64,000 nt of DNA from Kiritimatiellia bacterium (GTDB lineage Bacteria > Verrucomicrobiota > Kiritimatiellia > RFP12 > JAAYLN01), in contig JAGCUY010000001.1 in NCBI GenBank assembly GCA_017962605.1, positions 27,880-91,879 on the forward strand. Reading direction: 5' to 3'. Below, piece by piece: positions 46,534 through 56,394 of this stretch. The number at the start of each line of letters is the position of its first letter. The stretch's first letter is position 1. The notes beneath the pieces are model-generated. The model was not told the DNA's origin. It made no database searches and was given only the letters and a program-made list of their open reading frames with translations. The position numbers and the translations under genes are program-made.

Positions 46534-47736
46534 CTATGTCAGATGCTCCAGCGCCCACTTGCGTGGTGTGGTTCCAAGGCGATTGCGGAAGTCGCGGCGG
46601 AAGTCGTCGCCGGAGGCGTAGCCGCATGCGGCCGCGACAAAATCCGCACGGCGCCCCTGCGACAGCAGCTCCTTGGCGTGGGCGAGGCGGACGGCGTGGA
46701 TTTCGTCGAGAATCGTGTGTCCGGTGGCGGCGCGGAAGACCACGTCGGCCTGGGTGCGTGAGAGCCCCATGGCCTTGACGACCTCGGGCGGCCCGAACCC
46801 CTCCCGGCAGGCGTTCAGGCGGACGAACTCCTGGGCGCGGGCCACGCGGCGGTCGCGGGCGAAGCGCGACGAGGCGCGAAGCACGACCCCGCGAACCGGA
46901 ACGGCGCGGGATGCCAGCGCCTTCCGCGTCCGCCGCGCCATGAGATGAGATAGCAGCGCGACAACTTCGCTACCCTCCGCCAGCGAATCCTTGGCAACGC
47001 TGGAAATGGCCGGAGTTGTGGCCTCGCAGATGTGTTCAAGATTGTCCACGCCTATAACGGCGATGTCGTCAGGCACCCGGAGGCCGATTTTCAAACATGT
47101 GCGCACAACCCTCTCGCCCACGAGGTCATTGGCGGCGAAGAGACCGCAGGGCTTGGGGAGTTTTTCCAACCAGCGGCCAAGCGCTTCAATGCGGCTATGC
47201 GAACTGTCGATTCGAGGGAAGGCGTGGAATGTCTTCCCCGCTTCATGGATATAATTTCTGAAAGCCTCGCCGCGCTGAGGACTCCAGACCGTCCCCTTTG
47301 GCAGAAAGGGAACGAATCCAAAGTCGTCATAGCCGGAGGACAGCAGAACCCGCGCGGCTCGTTTTGCGATGTCGTTCTGATCGGCAAATACGAAACCGGC
47401 GGGGGCGGCAACCGCAGATCCTGGGTCAGGCGTTCGCCCGGGAAAGAGTATGGGGATGCCTTTGCCGGCCAGCTGTCGAGCTTCCCCGAAGGAAATGGTG
47501 TCGCTCAAGATGACGATGCCATCGGGCCGGATGGTTTCAATTAGGGCTTCGGGCGATTCAACAGGGAAGGGGGCTCGGTCAATTACAAGACTACCATCAT
47601 CGGCGCGATGGCATTCGGCGAGGAATACATTCCAGCGGCGAGCGGCGCCAATCCGCCGAATCATGTCGGCTTCAGCATGGCTCTTTTCGTCCAGCTTTGG
47701 CACGACCACCAGAACAGTCTTTGCCTGCGTCGCCAT
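46534..47736 (-). CDS. XylR-like hybrid regulator (PBP-like sensor plus AraC HTH), paralog 3
   Basis: C-terminal AraC HTH (...ACGYASGDDFRRDFRNRLGTTPRKW). The sensor domain is related to the other two. Start at MATQAKT. Confidence 0.65.
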   Translation of the reverse strand: MATQAKTVLVVVPKLDEKSHAEADMIRRIGAARRWNVFLAECHRADDGSLVIDRAPFPVESPEALIETIRPDGIVILSDTISFGEARQLAGKGIPILFPGRTPDPGSAVAAPAGFVFADQNDIAKRAARVLLSSGYDDFGFVPFLPKGTVWSPQRGEAFRNYIHEAGKTFHAFPRIDSSHSRIEALGRWLEKLPKPCGLFAANDLVGERVVRTCLKIGLRVPDDIAVIGVDNLEHICEATTPAISSVAKDSLAEGSEVVALLSHLMARRTRKALASRAVPVRGVVLRASSRFARDRRVARAQEFVRLNACREGFGPPEVVKAMGLSRTQADVVFRAATGHTILDEIHAVRLAHAKELLSQGRRADFVAAACGYASGDDFRRDFRNRLGTTPRKWALEHLT

Positions 47737-47936
47737 ACTCTGTAAAACTAAAACGAATATACCACAACCAACTCCGTCGCGCAAGGAGCATTCGAAATAA
47801 CAAACTGTTTTTTTATGATGTGGCGATCAATCCCGCGCGCTCCCTTGCCAGCGGGGATGGCTTTTGGTAGCATTATATACGGCGGTTGCGCGTCGCGGCC
47901 GCATTCTCATCCAACATTTGGAGCAACTGAATAAAA

Positions 47937-49094
47937 ATGGCTGAAAGTGTTTCCACCAAGATGGAAGGCCCGTCGGTGGCCTTCAAGGGCAAGAAGTTCC
48001 GCGTCGCCATCATTGGCTGCGGCGGCATCGCGCAGGCGCACCTCAACGCCTTCAAGAACATTCCCGAGGTCGAGATCGTCGCCGGCGTCGATATTGACGC
48101 CAACAGGCTCGTCGTCATGCGCGACAAGTGGGGCGTTCCCGAGGAGAACCTCTTCGGCGCCGACATCAAGACCGGCAAGAAGATTTCGGACACCGCCTGG
48201 ATCGAGATGATGAAGAAGGTCAAGCCGGACGCGGTCGATGTCTGCACGCCGAACGGCGTCCACTGCGCGCCGATCGTCTATTGCTGCGAGCGCGGCGCCC
48301 ACGGCTTCGTTGAGAAGCCGATGGCCATGAACCCCGCCGAGTGCGAGAAGATGATCGCCGCCGCGAAGAAGGGCAAGGTCAAGCTCTCCGTCGGCTTCCA
48401 GCACCGCTACCGCCCCGCATGCGAGTCCCTCATCGAGGCCCGCAAGAACGGCGTCTTCGGCGACATCCTCTTCGTCAAGGTCCGCGCCCTCCGCCGCCGC
48501 GGCATCCCCAACTGGGGCGTCTTCGGCCAGAAGGAACTTCAGGGCGGCGGCCCGATGATCGACATCGGCGTCCACATGATCGAGTGCGCCTATGAGTTCA
48601 TGGGCTGCCCGAAGCCCGTCGCGGCCATGGGCAACATCTGGACCTACATCGGCAACAAGAAGGACAAGACGAATGTCCGCAGCATGTGGCCCGGCTGGGA
48701 CTGGAAGACCTACACCGTCGAGGACCTCGCCATCGGGCAGATCCGTTTCGACAACGGCGCCATCATGCAGATCGAGGCGTCCTTCGCCGCGCACATCAAG
48801 GAGAACGAGGTCCATGAGTTCTCCGCGATGGGCACCAAGGGCGGCTGCCACTTCCCGTCGGCCGAAATCTACACCGACCAGAACAACACGATGGTCAACG
48901 TCACCCCGGCGTGGATGGACTCCAAGGGCGAGGAATGGAACGTCCTCTTCACCAAGAAGCTCCAGAACTGGGTGAACGGCTGCCGCAAGGGCACCGAGCT
49001 CGACGCCTCCGGCGAAGACGGCCTGAACGTGCAGAAGATTCTGTGCGGCCTCTACGCCGCAGCGGCCGCCGGCAAGGAAATCGCGATCAAGTAG
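47937..49094 (+). CDS. Gfo/Idh/MocA-family NAD(P)-dependent oxidoreductase
   Basis: Rossmann motif VAIIGCGGIAQAHLNAF and EKPMA. Confidence 0.75.
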   Translation: MAESVSTKMEGPSVAFKGKKFRVAIIGCGGIAQAHLNAFKNIPEVEIVAGVDIDANRLVVMRDKWGVPEENLFGADIKTGKKISDTAWIEMMKKVKPDAVDVCTPNGVHCAPIVYCCERGAHGFVEKPMAMNPAECEKMIAAAKKGKVKLSVGFQHRYRPACESLIEARKNGVFGDILFVKVRALRRRGIPNWGVFGQKELQGGGPMIDIGVHMIECAYEFMGCPKPVAAMGNIWTYIGNKKDKTNVRSMWPGWDWKTYTVEDLAIGQIRFDNGAIMQIEASFAAHIKENEVHEFSAMGTKGGCHFPSAEIYTDQNNTMVNVTPAWMDSKGEEWNVLFTKKLQNWVNGCRKGTELDASGEDGLNVQKILCGLYAAAAAGKEIAIK

Positions 49095-49105
49095 CGACCG
49101 CCGGC

Positions 49106-49163
49106 AAAAAAAGGCGCGCCGCCCATGGTTTCCGAAATCGGGACGCGGGCGGCGCCTTTTTTT
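49106..49163. terminator. Bidirectional rho-independent terminator
   Basis: CAAAAAAAGGCGCGCCGCC...GGCGGCGCCTTTTTTTG: a GC stem flanked by an A-run and a T-run, between convergent genes. Confidence 0.65.
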
Positions 49164-49213
49164 GTCGTTGAGGCGTTTTCGCGCCAGAACACGGAAACCG
49201 ACGGCAACCGGTA

Positions 49214-49280
49214 GCCGGGATTCGGGATTCGGGTGCGGTGAGCCGCAGCGTTCCCCTTGTCCCTAGCCCCTAGCCCCTAG
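49214..49280. repeat. G-rich then C-rich heptamer array (GGGATTC x2; CCCCTAG x3)
   Basis: GGGATTCGGGATTCGGGTGCGG...CCCTAGCCCCTAGCCCCTAG. Related inverted motifs at 63245-63300. Confidence 0.6.
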
Positions 49281-50303
49281 TCACTTGAACTGCTCAAGGA
49301 AGCGGAGGTCGTTCTCGTAGAAGTGGCGGATGTCGGGCACGCCGTATTTGATCATGGCGATGCGCTCGACGCCGAAGCCGAAGGCGTATCCCCAGACCTT
49401 CTGCGGGTCATAGCCGACGAAGCGGTAAACGCGCGGATCGACCATGCCGGCGCCGGCGACCTCGATCCATCCCGACTGCTTGCAGACGCGGCAGCCCTTG
49501 CCGCCGCAGACGTGGCAGGTGAAATCGACTTCGACCGACGGTTCCGTGAATGGGAAGAAGTGCGGGCGGAAACGGACGCCGATGCCCTCGCCCATCATCT
49601 CGCGGGCGAAGTACGCCAGCGTCGCCTTGAGGTCGGCCAGCGAGACGGGCTTGGTATCGACGTAGAGGCCCTCGATCTGGTGGAAGTTGGCGCTGTGGGT
49701 GGCGTCCATCGTGTCGCGGCGGTAGGTGCGGCCCGGGCAGATGATGCGGACGGGCGGCTTGCGCGACATCATAGTGCGGATCTGCACCGGCGAGGTCTGC
49801 GTGCGGAGCAGGAGGTCGTCGGTGAGCCAGAGGGTGTCGGACTGGTCCATCGAGGGATGGTGCGGCGCGGTGTTGAGGGCGGTGAAGTTGTTGAACTTGT
49901 TCTCGATGTCCGGGCCGTCGGCGACGGTGAAGCCGATGCGTGCGAAGATGCGCGCGACCTCCGCCACGACCTTGGAAAGCGGATGAAGCGAGCCGCCCTG
50001 CGGCCAGCGGCCGGGCAGGGTGAAGTCGAACGCCGGGGCGGCCTCCGCGCCGCAGGTTTCCTCAAGAGCCGCCGAGCGCGCCTTCAGCGCCTCCTCGAAT
50101 GCCTGGCGCCAGGCGTTGGCGGCCTTGCCGAAGGCGGGACGCTCCTCGGCGGGGACGTCGCGCAGCTGCTTCATCACAGCGGGGATGAGGCCGTTGCGGC
50201 CAAGGTATTTTACGCGTGCCTGCTCAACTGCTGCGGCGTCCGCTGCTGCGGCCGCCTCTGCCAGTGACTCTTCGTGAAGTTTGCTCAATTCGGCGATGTT
50301 CAT
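49281..50303 (-). CDS. pheS: Phenylalanine--tRNA ligase alpha subunit
   Basis: Class II aaRS motifs (FRPHFFPFTEPSVEVD, GAGMVDPRV). Start at MNIAELSKL behind GAGGAAT. Confidence 0.85.
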   Translation of the reverse strand: MNIAELSKLHEESLAEAAAAADAAAVEQARVKYLGRNGLIPAVMKQLRDVPAEERPAFGKAANAWRQAFEEALKARSAALEETCGAEAAPAFDFTLPGRWPQGGSLHPLSKVVAEVARIFARIGFTVADGPDIENKFNNFTALNTAPHHPSMDQSDTLWLTDDLLLRTQTSPVQIRTMMSRKPPVRIICPGRTYRRDTMDATHSANFHQIEGLYVDTKPVSLADLKATLAYFAREMMGEGIGVRFRPHFFPFTEPSVEVDFTCHVCGGKGCRVCKQSGWIEVAGAGMVDPRVYRFVGYDPQKVWGYAFGFGVERIAMIKYGVPDIRHFYENDLRFLEQFK

Positions 50304-50364
50304 GTCCGATTCCTCAACTGAAACCAATCTAAGTTAGCCTAATATTATATCAAAGTGCGACGGA

Positions 50365-50480
50365 GGTTAGGGGTTAGTAGTTAGTGGTTAGTGGTTAGTG
50401 GGTAGTCGCTAGTAGTTAGGTGTAGTGGTTAGGTGTAGGTAAGAGGTGTAGGTAAGAGGTGTAGGTGTAGGGGTTGGGGG
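50365..50480. repeat. Tandem heptamer/octamer arrays (GGTTAGT)n and (GGTGTAGGTAAGA)n; G/T-rich on plus and G-less on the minus (pheS-sense) strand
   Basis: GGTTAGTAGTTAGTGGTTAGTGGTTAGTGGGTAG...GGTGTAGGTAAGAGGTGTAGGTAAGAGGTGTAGGTGTAGGGGTTGGGGG. Abuts the polA stop. Confidence 0.6.
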
Positions 50481-53231
50481 TTAGTGGGCGGCGAGCCAGT
50501 TCGGACCGGAGCCGATCTCGACCACCAGCGGGACGCCGAAGTCGTAGGCGCCTGTCATCTCGCGCGCAACTATCTCCCGGACACGCGCCTCTTCGGCCTT
50601 TGGCGCGTCGAGGAGGAGTTCGTCGTGGATCTGGAGGATGATCTTCGTCTCAAGTTTCTCGGCCTTGAGGGCCCGCCAGACCTTGACCATTGCGAGTTTC
50701 ATCAGGTCGGCGGCGCTGCCCTGGACTGGCGTGTTGATGGCGTTGCGCTCGGCCGCCTGGCGCGTGGCGGCGTTGCGGGAGTTGATTTCAGGAAGCGCCC
50801 GGCGACGGCCGAGGATGGTCACGGCGTAGCCCTTTTCGCGTGCGTCGGCCACGGATTTCTCCATGTAGCGCTTCACGCCGGGATAGTGCTTGAAATACTC
50901 CTCGATGAAGGAGGCGGCCTCCTGGCGGCCAATCTCAAGTCTCTGCGCCAGACCGAAAGCCGACATCCCGTAGATGATGCCGAAGTTGATTGCCTTGCAC
51001 TGCGAGCGCTGGCGGGGCGTTACATCCTCCAGCGCCACGCCGAAGACGCGCGAGGCCGTCTCGGCGTGGATGTCGCGTCCGCTGCGGAAGGCTGCGATCA
51101 TCGCCTCGTCGCCGGAGAGCGCCGCCATCACGCGCAGCTCGACTTGGGAATAGTCGGCCGAGACGAGGGTGTGGGCGTCGTCGCGGGCCACGAACGCGGC
51201 GCGGATGCGCTTGCCCATCTCCGTGCGGACGGGTATGTTCTGCAGGTTTGGCTCGGATGAGGAAAGGCGGCCGGTTTCGGTGAATGCCTGCGCGAGACGC
51301 GTGTGGATGCGTCCGTCGGCGGGGCTGACGAATGACGGCAGCTTCTCGGCGTAGGTGGAGCGCAGTTTCTCGGCGGCGCGCCAGTCGAGGATGTCGCGCA
51401 CGATCTGGTGCTGCGGCGCATATTTGAGCAGCACTTCCTCGCCTGTGGCGAACTGTCCGGACGATGTGCGCTTGGCCTTGGGGTCGATGGCGAGGCGCGA
51501 GAAGAGGATTTCGCCGAGCTGCTTGGGAGAGCCGAGGTTGAAGGGCTCGCCGGCGGCGGCGAATATGCCTTCCTGGAGGGAGGCGATGCGGGCGGCCAGC
51601 TCGCGGCCGAAGTCGCGGAGGGCGATGGCGTCGATTTTCACGCCGGCGCGCTCGATGTCGAGAAGCACCTCGACAAGCGGCTCCTCGCTCTCGTTGATGG
51701 CGCGCTCCAGCCCGGCGGCCTCGATCTGCGGCTTGAGGGAGGAGTAGAGGTGGAGAATGGCCGAGGCTGGGGCTTCCGCAGCCCCAGGCCCCCTCTGGCC
51801 AAGCGCAGTTTGGCCATCGAGACTCTGTTGTGGCTGCAAGGCGGCGAGTGCGGATTCGAGGGTGTGGCGGGCGGCGGCGTCGAGGGCGAAGTGCATGAGC
51901 ATGGTGTCGTGGCATGGGGATGTCACGGGCATGCCAAAGCGCTCGAGCAGCGCCCGGTGGAACTTGGAGTCGTGTGTGACCTTCTCGGCGCCGGAGGCGA
52001 GGATAGGGGCGATGGCGCGGCGCTGGTCGCTGTCCTGCACGTTGCCGAAGAGGTCAAGCGACTCCTGGAAGGCGACGTGCCAGACTTCGTCAGGCGATGT
52101 GGCGAAGGTGAGGCCGGTAAGCTCGGCGGTGGCCGGGTCGTTGGATGTGGCCTCTGCCGCGAAGGCGAAGGTCGGCGCGGCCTTCAGCGTGGTAACAAGC
52201 TCGCTTAGTTCGGCGGGGGTGGCGGCCTCGCGTATGACGGCCGCCGGCGGGGACGCGGGGCTTGGCCCACTGTCAAGGGCGGTGGCTTCAGTAGCCCCTG
52301 ACCCATTCTGGCCGAACAGAGTTTGGCCATCGGGGTTGGGTGGTGGCTGGGGGGCGGCCGCCACGCCGAAACGGCGGGCGAGGCTGGCAAGTTCGTATTT
52401 GGCGCAGAAGGCGGCGAGCGCATCGCGGTCGGGCTCCTGCACGCGCATGGCGTCGAGGTCGAGTCCTAGCGGCACATCCTGGCGGATGGTGGCGAGGAAG
52501 CGCGAGAGCCGCGCCGTCTCGGCTCCGGCAACGAGCTTCTCGCCAAGCTTGCCCGCGATATTGCCCGCCTGCGCCGCCGCAAGTATGCCCTCCAGGTCGC
52601 CATATTGGGCAAGGAGCTTTTGGGCGGTCTTGTCGCCGACGCCTGGAACGCCGGGGATGTTGTCGGAGGCGTCGCCTGCGAGGGAGAGCCAGTCGATCAT
52701 CTGCGCCGGCGAGGAAATGCCCCAGTGGGAGCAGACCTCGGCGGGCCCCATCAGTTCCGGCGCTCCGCCGGGGGAGAGGCGGTAGAGGGTGACGCCATCG
52801 CGCACGAGCTGGGCGATGTCCTTGTCGGGGGTGACGAGGAATGTCTTGATGCCGGCGGCTGTCGCCAGCGCCGCCCCTGAGCCGAGAAGGTCGTCTGCCT
52901 CGAAGCCATCTACGCGGAGAGAGGGGATGCGCATCGCGGCGGCGAACTCCGCGGCCATCGGGATTGCCGCGGCGATGTCCTCGGGGAGCTTGTCGCGCTT
53001 GGCCTTGTATTCCTTAAAAGCCTCGTGGCGGAAGGTGGGGGTGGTGGAGTCAAAAACGAGCGCGAGGTGGGAAGGCGCGCTTTTCTCCAGAATCTGCGCG
53101 ACGGTGGAGGTGAAGGAGAAGAGAGAGGAGACGTTGAGGCCGGCGGAGGTGCGGCGCGGGTTGTTGAGGAAGGCGAAGTAGCCGCGGTATAGCAGCGGCA
53201 TCACATCGAGGAGGAAGAGTGCGGAGGGCAT
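50481..53231 (-). CDS. polA: DNA polymerase I
   Basis: 5'-3' exonuclease, 3'-5' exonuclease-like and family-A polymerase motifs (RRAAKAINFGIIYG, QIHDELLLD). Confidence 0.9.
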   Translation of the reverse strand: MPSALFLLDVMPLLYRGYFAFLNNPRRTSAGLNVSSLFSFTSTVAQILEKSAPSHLALVFDSTTPTFRHEAFKEYKAKRDKLPEDIAAAIPMAAEFAAAMRIPSLRVDGFEADDLLGSGAALATAAGIKTFLVTPDKDIAQLVRDGVTLYRLSPGGAPELMGPAEVCSHWGISSPAQMIDWLSLAGDASDNIPGVPGVGDKTAQKLLAQYGDLEGILAAAQAGNIAGKLGEKLVAGAETARLSRFLATIRQDVPLGLDLDAMRVQEPDRDALAAFCAKYELASLARRFGVAAAPQPPPNPDGQTLFGQNGSGATEATALDSGPSPASPPAAVIREAATPAELSELVTTLKAAPTFAFAAEATSNDPATAELTGLTFATSPDEVWHVAFQESLDLFGNVQDSDQRRAIAPILASGAEKVTHDSKFHRALLERFGMPVTSPCHDTMLMHFALDAAARHTLESALAALQPQQSLDGQTALGQRGPGAAEAPASAILHLYSSLKPQIEAAGLERAINESEEPLVEVLLDIERAGVKIDAIALRDFGRELAARIASLQEGIFAAAGEPFNLGSPKQLGEILFSRLAIDPKAKRTSSGQFATGEEVLLKYAPQHQIVRDILDWRAAEKLRSTYAEKLPSFVSPADGRIHTRLAQAFTETGRLSSSEPNLQNIPVRTEMGKRIRAAFVARDDAHTLVSADYSQVELRVMAALSGDEAMIAAFRSGRDIHAETASRVFGVALEDVTPRQRSQCKAINFGIIYGMSAFGLAQRLEIGRQEAASFIEEYFKHYPGVKRYMEKSVADAREKGYAVTILGRRRALPEINSRNAATRQAAERNAINTPVQGSAADLMKLAMVKVWRALKAEKLETKIILQIHDELLLDAPKAEEARVREIVAREMTGAYDFGVPLVVEIGSGPNWLAAH

Positions 53232-53243
53232 GGGGATAGGGTT

Positions 53244-54077
53244 TTACAATTTCACAATTTCAGATTTATCGATGGTGTGGCACTTGCCGCACATGTGGCA
53301 GTAGATGTCAATGGGGTGATCCTGCGCGATGAGGGCGGCGCGTTCGTCGGCCGGCAGTGCCGCCAGCGTTGCAAGCACCTTCTCATGCGAGCAGCGGCAT
53401 GCGAATTGCAGCGGGCGGGTGGTGTCGTTCTGCGGGCGGGCTGAAGTCAGACCCTCCGATATTTCCGAGGCAAGGCGGGTGAATTCGGCGGCATCGGAGT
53501 CGGGCATGCGCTCGATGAGTGCGCCGCGCGCGGTGGCGATGCGGCCTTCGCCGTCAAGGGCCACTTCAATCGACACCTTTACCTCGCGCTGGGCGCCCTC
53601 AGCGTAGTAGGCGGCCAGCGCACGCTCTGGGCGTGGCGTCTGCATGATGCGAATGCTCGACTGCGCCAGCACCTTGCCCGGCAGCGAGGCCATGACCGTG
53701 GCGGTGCCAGATGCGCCGAATGGCGTATCCCGCAGGCGCGATGCGCTTGCTGCTCCACACGCTTCCGCGTCGAGGTCGTTGAGAATCTTCTTGGCTGGGT
53801 AGCCGCGGAGGGTGCCTTCGTAGGTGGCCTCAACGAGCAGGGAGCCAAGCGGGCCGTCGCACTGGATGTGGAGGGTTACGGCCTCCTCAGGGGTGCCGAG
53901 ATCGGCGGAGAGCAGCGCCACAGCCACAAGCCCTTCGGCAAGGGCGGCGGATGCGGCGGGGCCGGCAAGGTGGCTGGCTGACAGGTCGCGGGCCGCCTTG
54001 GCGCACTCTGCCTGGACAATGCGGTTGCCACCGGGGGTCTGGCCAATTAGCAGGGCGCTGTCGAGAGGTTGTTTCAT
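53244..54077 (-). CDS. hslO: Hsp33 redox-regulated chaperone
   Basis: C-terminal zinc centre CRCSHEK...CHMCGKCH and overall Hsp33 fold signatures. Confidence 0.8.
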   Translation of the reverse strand: MKQPLDSALLIGQTPGGNRIVQAECAKAARDLSASHLAGPAASAALAEGLVAVALLSADLGTPEEAVTLHIQCDGPLGSLLVEATYEGTLRGYPAKKILNDLDAEACGAASASRLRDTPFGASGTATVMASLPGKVLAQSSIRIMQTPRPERALAAYYAEGAQREVKVSIEVALDGEGRIATARGALIERMPDSDAAEFTRLASEISEGLTSARPQNDTTRPLQFACRCSHEKVLATLAALPADERAALIAQDHPIDIYCHMCGKCHTIDKSEIVKL

Positions 54078-54089
54078 GGGGGAGAAGAA

Positions 54090-54250
54090 GATTTGGGATT
54101 TATGGAATCTGAGATTTGAAATTTGAGATGTTGAATCTGGAATTTGAAATTTAGATTTGAGATGTTGAATCTGGAATCTGAGATTTGAGATCTGAAATTT
54201 GGAATTTGAAATCTGAGATGTGGAATCTGAAATATGAGATTTGAAATTTT
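54090..54250. repeat. AT-rich hexamer-based array (GAATCT/GAGATT/TGAAAT/TTGAGA) of about 160 bp immediately upstream of hslO
   Basis: GGAATCTGAGATTTGAAATTTGAGATGTTGAATCTGGAATTTGAAATTTAGATTTGAGATG... AT content is far above the local background. Confidence 0.6.
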
Positions 54251-56342
54251 AAATTTCCAATCCATCTTCCCGGGCGGCGAGGCGGCCGGCGGCCACCCTG
54301 ACCATCGCTGCGATGCGCTCGGCGCTTTCGTATTGGCGCTCAAGCGCCCAGAGGGCGAAAAGCCACTTCTGGCGAAAATGGAAGGCCGGCTTGAGCTGTG
54401 GGTCGAATTCTGCGAACGTCTCGCGGCGGCTCTGGTAGTTCCAGTAGATCTCGCGCGTCGCGGAGACGAAGCCGGTGCAGAAGTCGTCCATGATCGCGTT
54501 GAGGGAAAGCGAGCCGCCGTTGCGGCGCCAGAAATCGACTGCCGTGCGGGCGAAGGCGTCAACGTATGCGGCGAAGCATTTGTTGATGTTCTCGCGGGTC
54601 TGCTCGATGCAGGGCCAGCCGAGCGAGCCCCTGACTGAGCAGAGGCGCATGCCGGAGGCCATCTCGATGCCGGTGGAGAGATCGCGGACAAACTCGATTA
54701 TCTCCTTCCCGTCGCCGAAGTGGACCTGGTTGTCGTCGGCGATGAACTTCTTGACGACGAGGGTGTGGGCTGCGGCGCGTCCGGCTTGTGCGGCCGTGCG
54801 GAGGACGGCCTCGGGGAACTCGATGAACTCGCCGGCCTTGCCGCCGGGGCGCTTGAAGCGGTTCTTGCTGATGGCGTCGAGCGAGTAGCCGGCGTAGCGG
54901 TCGCGCACGAAGTAGTGGCGTTCGCCCGAGCCGTGGTCGTGGCGCTGGAGGAGGTGGTGTCCGCCGAATGATACGCCGAGCGCCTGGAATGCCTGGACGC
55001 GCGTCAGCATGTAGTGGGCGTATTCGATGCCGCGCTGCGCGAGTCGCTTCTCGATGAGCTTGCGGGTTACAGGGCGGAGGGAGGTCTTGAACTCGATCTC
55101 GCGGGTGGGGAACTCGCCAGGCTCGTGGCCGCCGTTGTTGCGGAGCTCATAGACGTTGGCGTATTCCATGCGCTCGCCAGCTGAAAGGAGGGAGAGGGCG
55201 TATTCGATGAGGGCGCGGGTGCGCTCGTCGGCGCCGGGGTGGAAGTCGGGCTTGCCGCCGCGGAAGGTTGCTCCGGGGAGGGCGGTCTTGCGGTCGTCGA
55301 AGGCGGGAACCACCTGGTCGTGTGTCGAGTATATCTCGCCGGTGAGGTGCTTGTACATCGACGAGACGAAGAGGTCGGAGCCGGAGTCGGCGAGTTCGGG
55401 GAACGAGAGGGCGCTGCGGTAGATGTCGATGATTTCGGCGCTGCGGTCCTCTGCGGCGTCCTGGGAGAGTTTGGGGAAGTCGCGCTGGAGGGCGGCGACT
55501 AGCGCGGCAACATTGGTTGATGCGACGGGGTCGCGGATGCCGAAGAACTCGATTTCGTGGTGGCCGCCGAACTTGGGGTCTTCGAGCGCGGGGAGGTCGC
55601 CGACCTCGGACGGGCGGGCGAGCTCGTCAAGACAGCGCCCGGCGGCGTCGTGATCGACGGTGCAGAGTGTGAGGAGCGAGGAGAAGTCCTCGAAGGAGAG
55701 GAAGTGGACGCCCTTGACGCTGTGGTAGTAGCGGAAGTTGGAGTGGATGCGGGTGCGGGAGGCCGCGAGGGCGGCGTCCATTTCGCGGCGCGTCCAGACG
55801 AGCGGCTTGATGCGCCATTCCTGGCCGGAGCGACGATACAAGTCGAGGGTGGCGTCGTTGCGCTCGGCGAGGATGACGGAGGAGAGCGGCCAGCCGAGGC
55901 CGCGCAGCCATTCGTCGGCGGCATGGGTTTCGGCCGTTGAGACTTCGCGCTGGGAGATTTCGATTGCGTCGCCGCCGGCCACGGCGTTGGCGCAGATGAT
56001 GTCATGGGTCATGACCTCCCCGCGGCGGCGTTCCGGGATGCGGCCGAGGTTCCAGAAGTCGCCGCGCAGAAGGGGAAGGGCGGCGGTGGCGTGGCTGCCT
56101 GAGGAGACGGTCATGATGCGCCCCTCGCGTCCGGCGATGAGTGCGCACTTGCGCACTATGAGGACTGGGGCGTGGGCCGGGCGCTCGCGCCAGACGCCGT
56201 GCTCGAAGACGAAAGTGTCGTTGCCCCAGTCGTAGGCTTCGAAGACGCGGCTGCGGCCGCCGGAAGTGACGGTGACGCGCTGGCGCCGCCTTATCGCCTC
56301 GCGGCGGACAAGGTCGATGAACCTATAGGCGAAGCGCTTCAT
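54249..56342 (-). CDS. Conserved hypothetical protein (~698 aa), function unknown
   Basis: Long unbroken ORF with ordinary codon usage. Start placed at MKRFAYRFIDLVRRE, downstream of the GGGGAAC array; the track ORF extension upstream translates the repeat. No motif I can assign with confidence. Confidence 0.55.
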   Translation of the reverse strand: MKRFAYRFIDLVRREAIRRRQRVTVTSGGRSRVFEAYDWGNDTFVFEHGVWRERPAHAPVLIVRKCALIAGREGRIMTVSSGSHATAALPLLRGDFWNLGRIPERRRGEVMTHDIICANAVAGGDAIEISQREVSTAETHAADEWLRGLGWPLSSVILAERNDATLDLYRRSGQEWRIKPLVWTRREMDAALAASRTRIHSNFRYYHSVKGVHFLSFEDFSSLLTLCTVDHDAAGRCLDELARPSEVGDLPALEDPKFGGHHEIEFFGIRDPVASTNVAALVAALQRDFPKLSQDAAEDRSAEIIDIYRSALSFPELADSGSDLFVSSMYKHLTGEIYSTHDQVVPAFDDRKTALPGATFRGGKPDFHPGADERTRALIEYALSLLSAGERMEYANVYELRNNGGHEPGEFPTREIEFKTSLRPVTRKLIEKRLAQRGIEYAHYMLTRVQAFQALGVSFGGHHLLQRHDHGSGERHYFVRDRYAGYSLDAISKNRFKRPGGKAGEFIEFPEAVLRTAAQAGRAAAHTLVVKKFIADDNQVHFGDGKEIIEFVRDLSTGIEMASGMRLCSVRGSLGWPCIEQTRENINKCFAAYVDAFARTAVDFWRRNGGSLSLNAIMDDFCTGFVSATREIYWNYQSRRETFAEFDPQLKPAFHFRQKWLFALWALERQYESAERIAAMVRVAAGRLAAREDGLEI

Positions 56343-56344
56343 AT

Positions 56345-56392
56345 CAGGGAACAGGGAATGGGGAACGGGGAACAGGGAACGGGGAACGGTGG
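56345..56392. repeat. (GGGGAAC)n-type array, a G-quadruplex-forming motif
   Basis: AGGGAACAGGGAATGGGGAACGGGGAACAGGGAACGGGGAACGG. The same heptamer family recurs at 59312-59485. Confidence 0.6.
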
Positions 56393-56394
56393 CG

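Noticed and set aside
54249-56342. Possible identity of the 698-aa protein as AceK, type-III glutamine synthetase or a circularly permuted ATP-grasp enzyme.
   Set aside because: I could not find the defining motifs of any of these by eye, so it is left as hypothetical.
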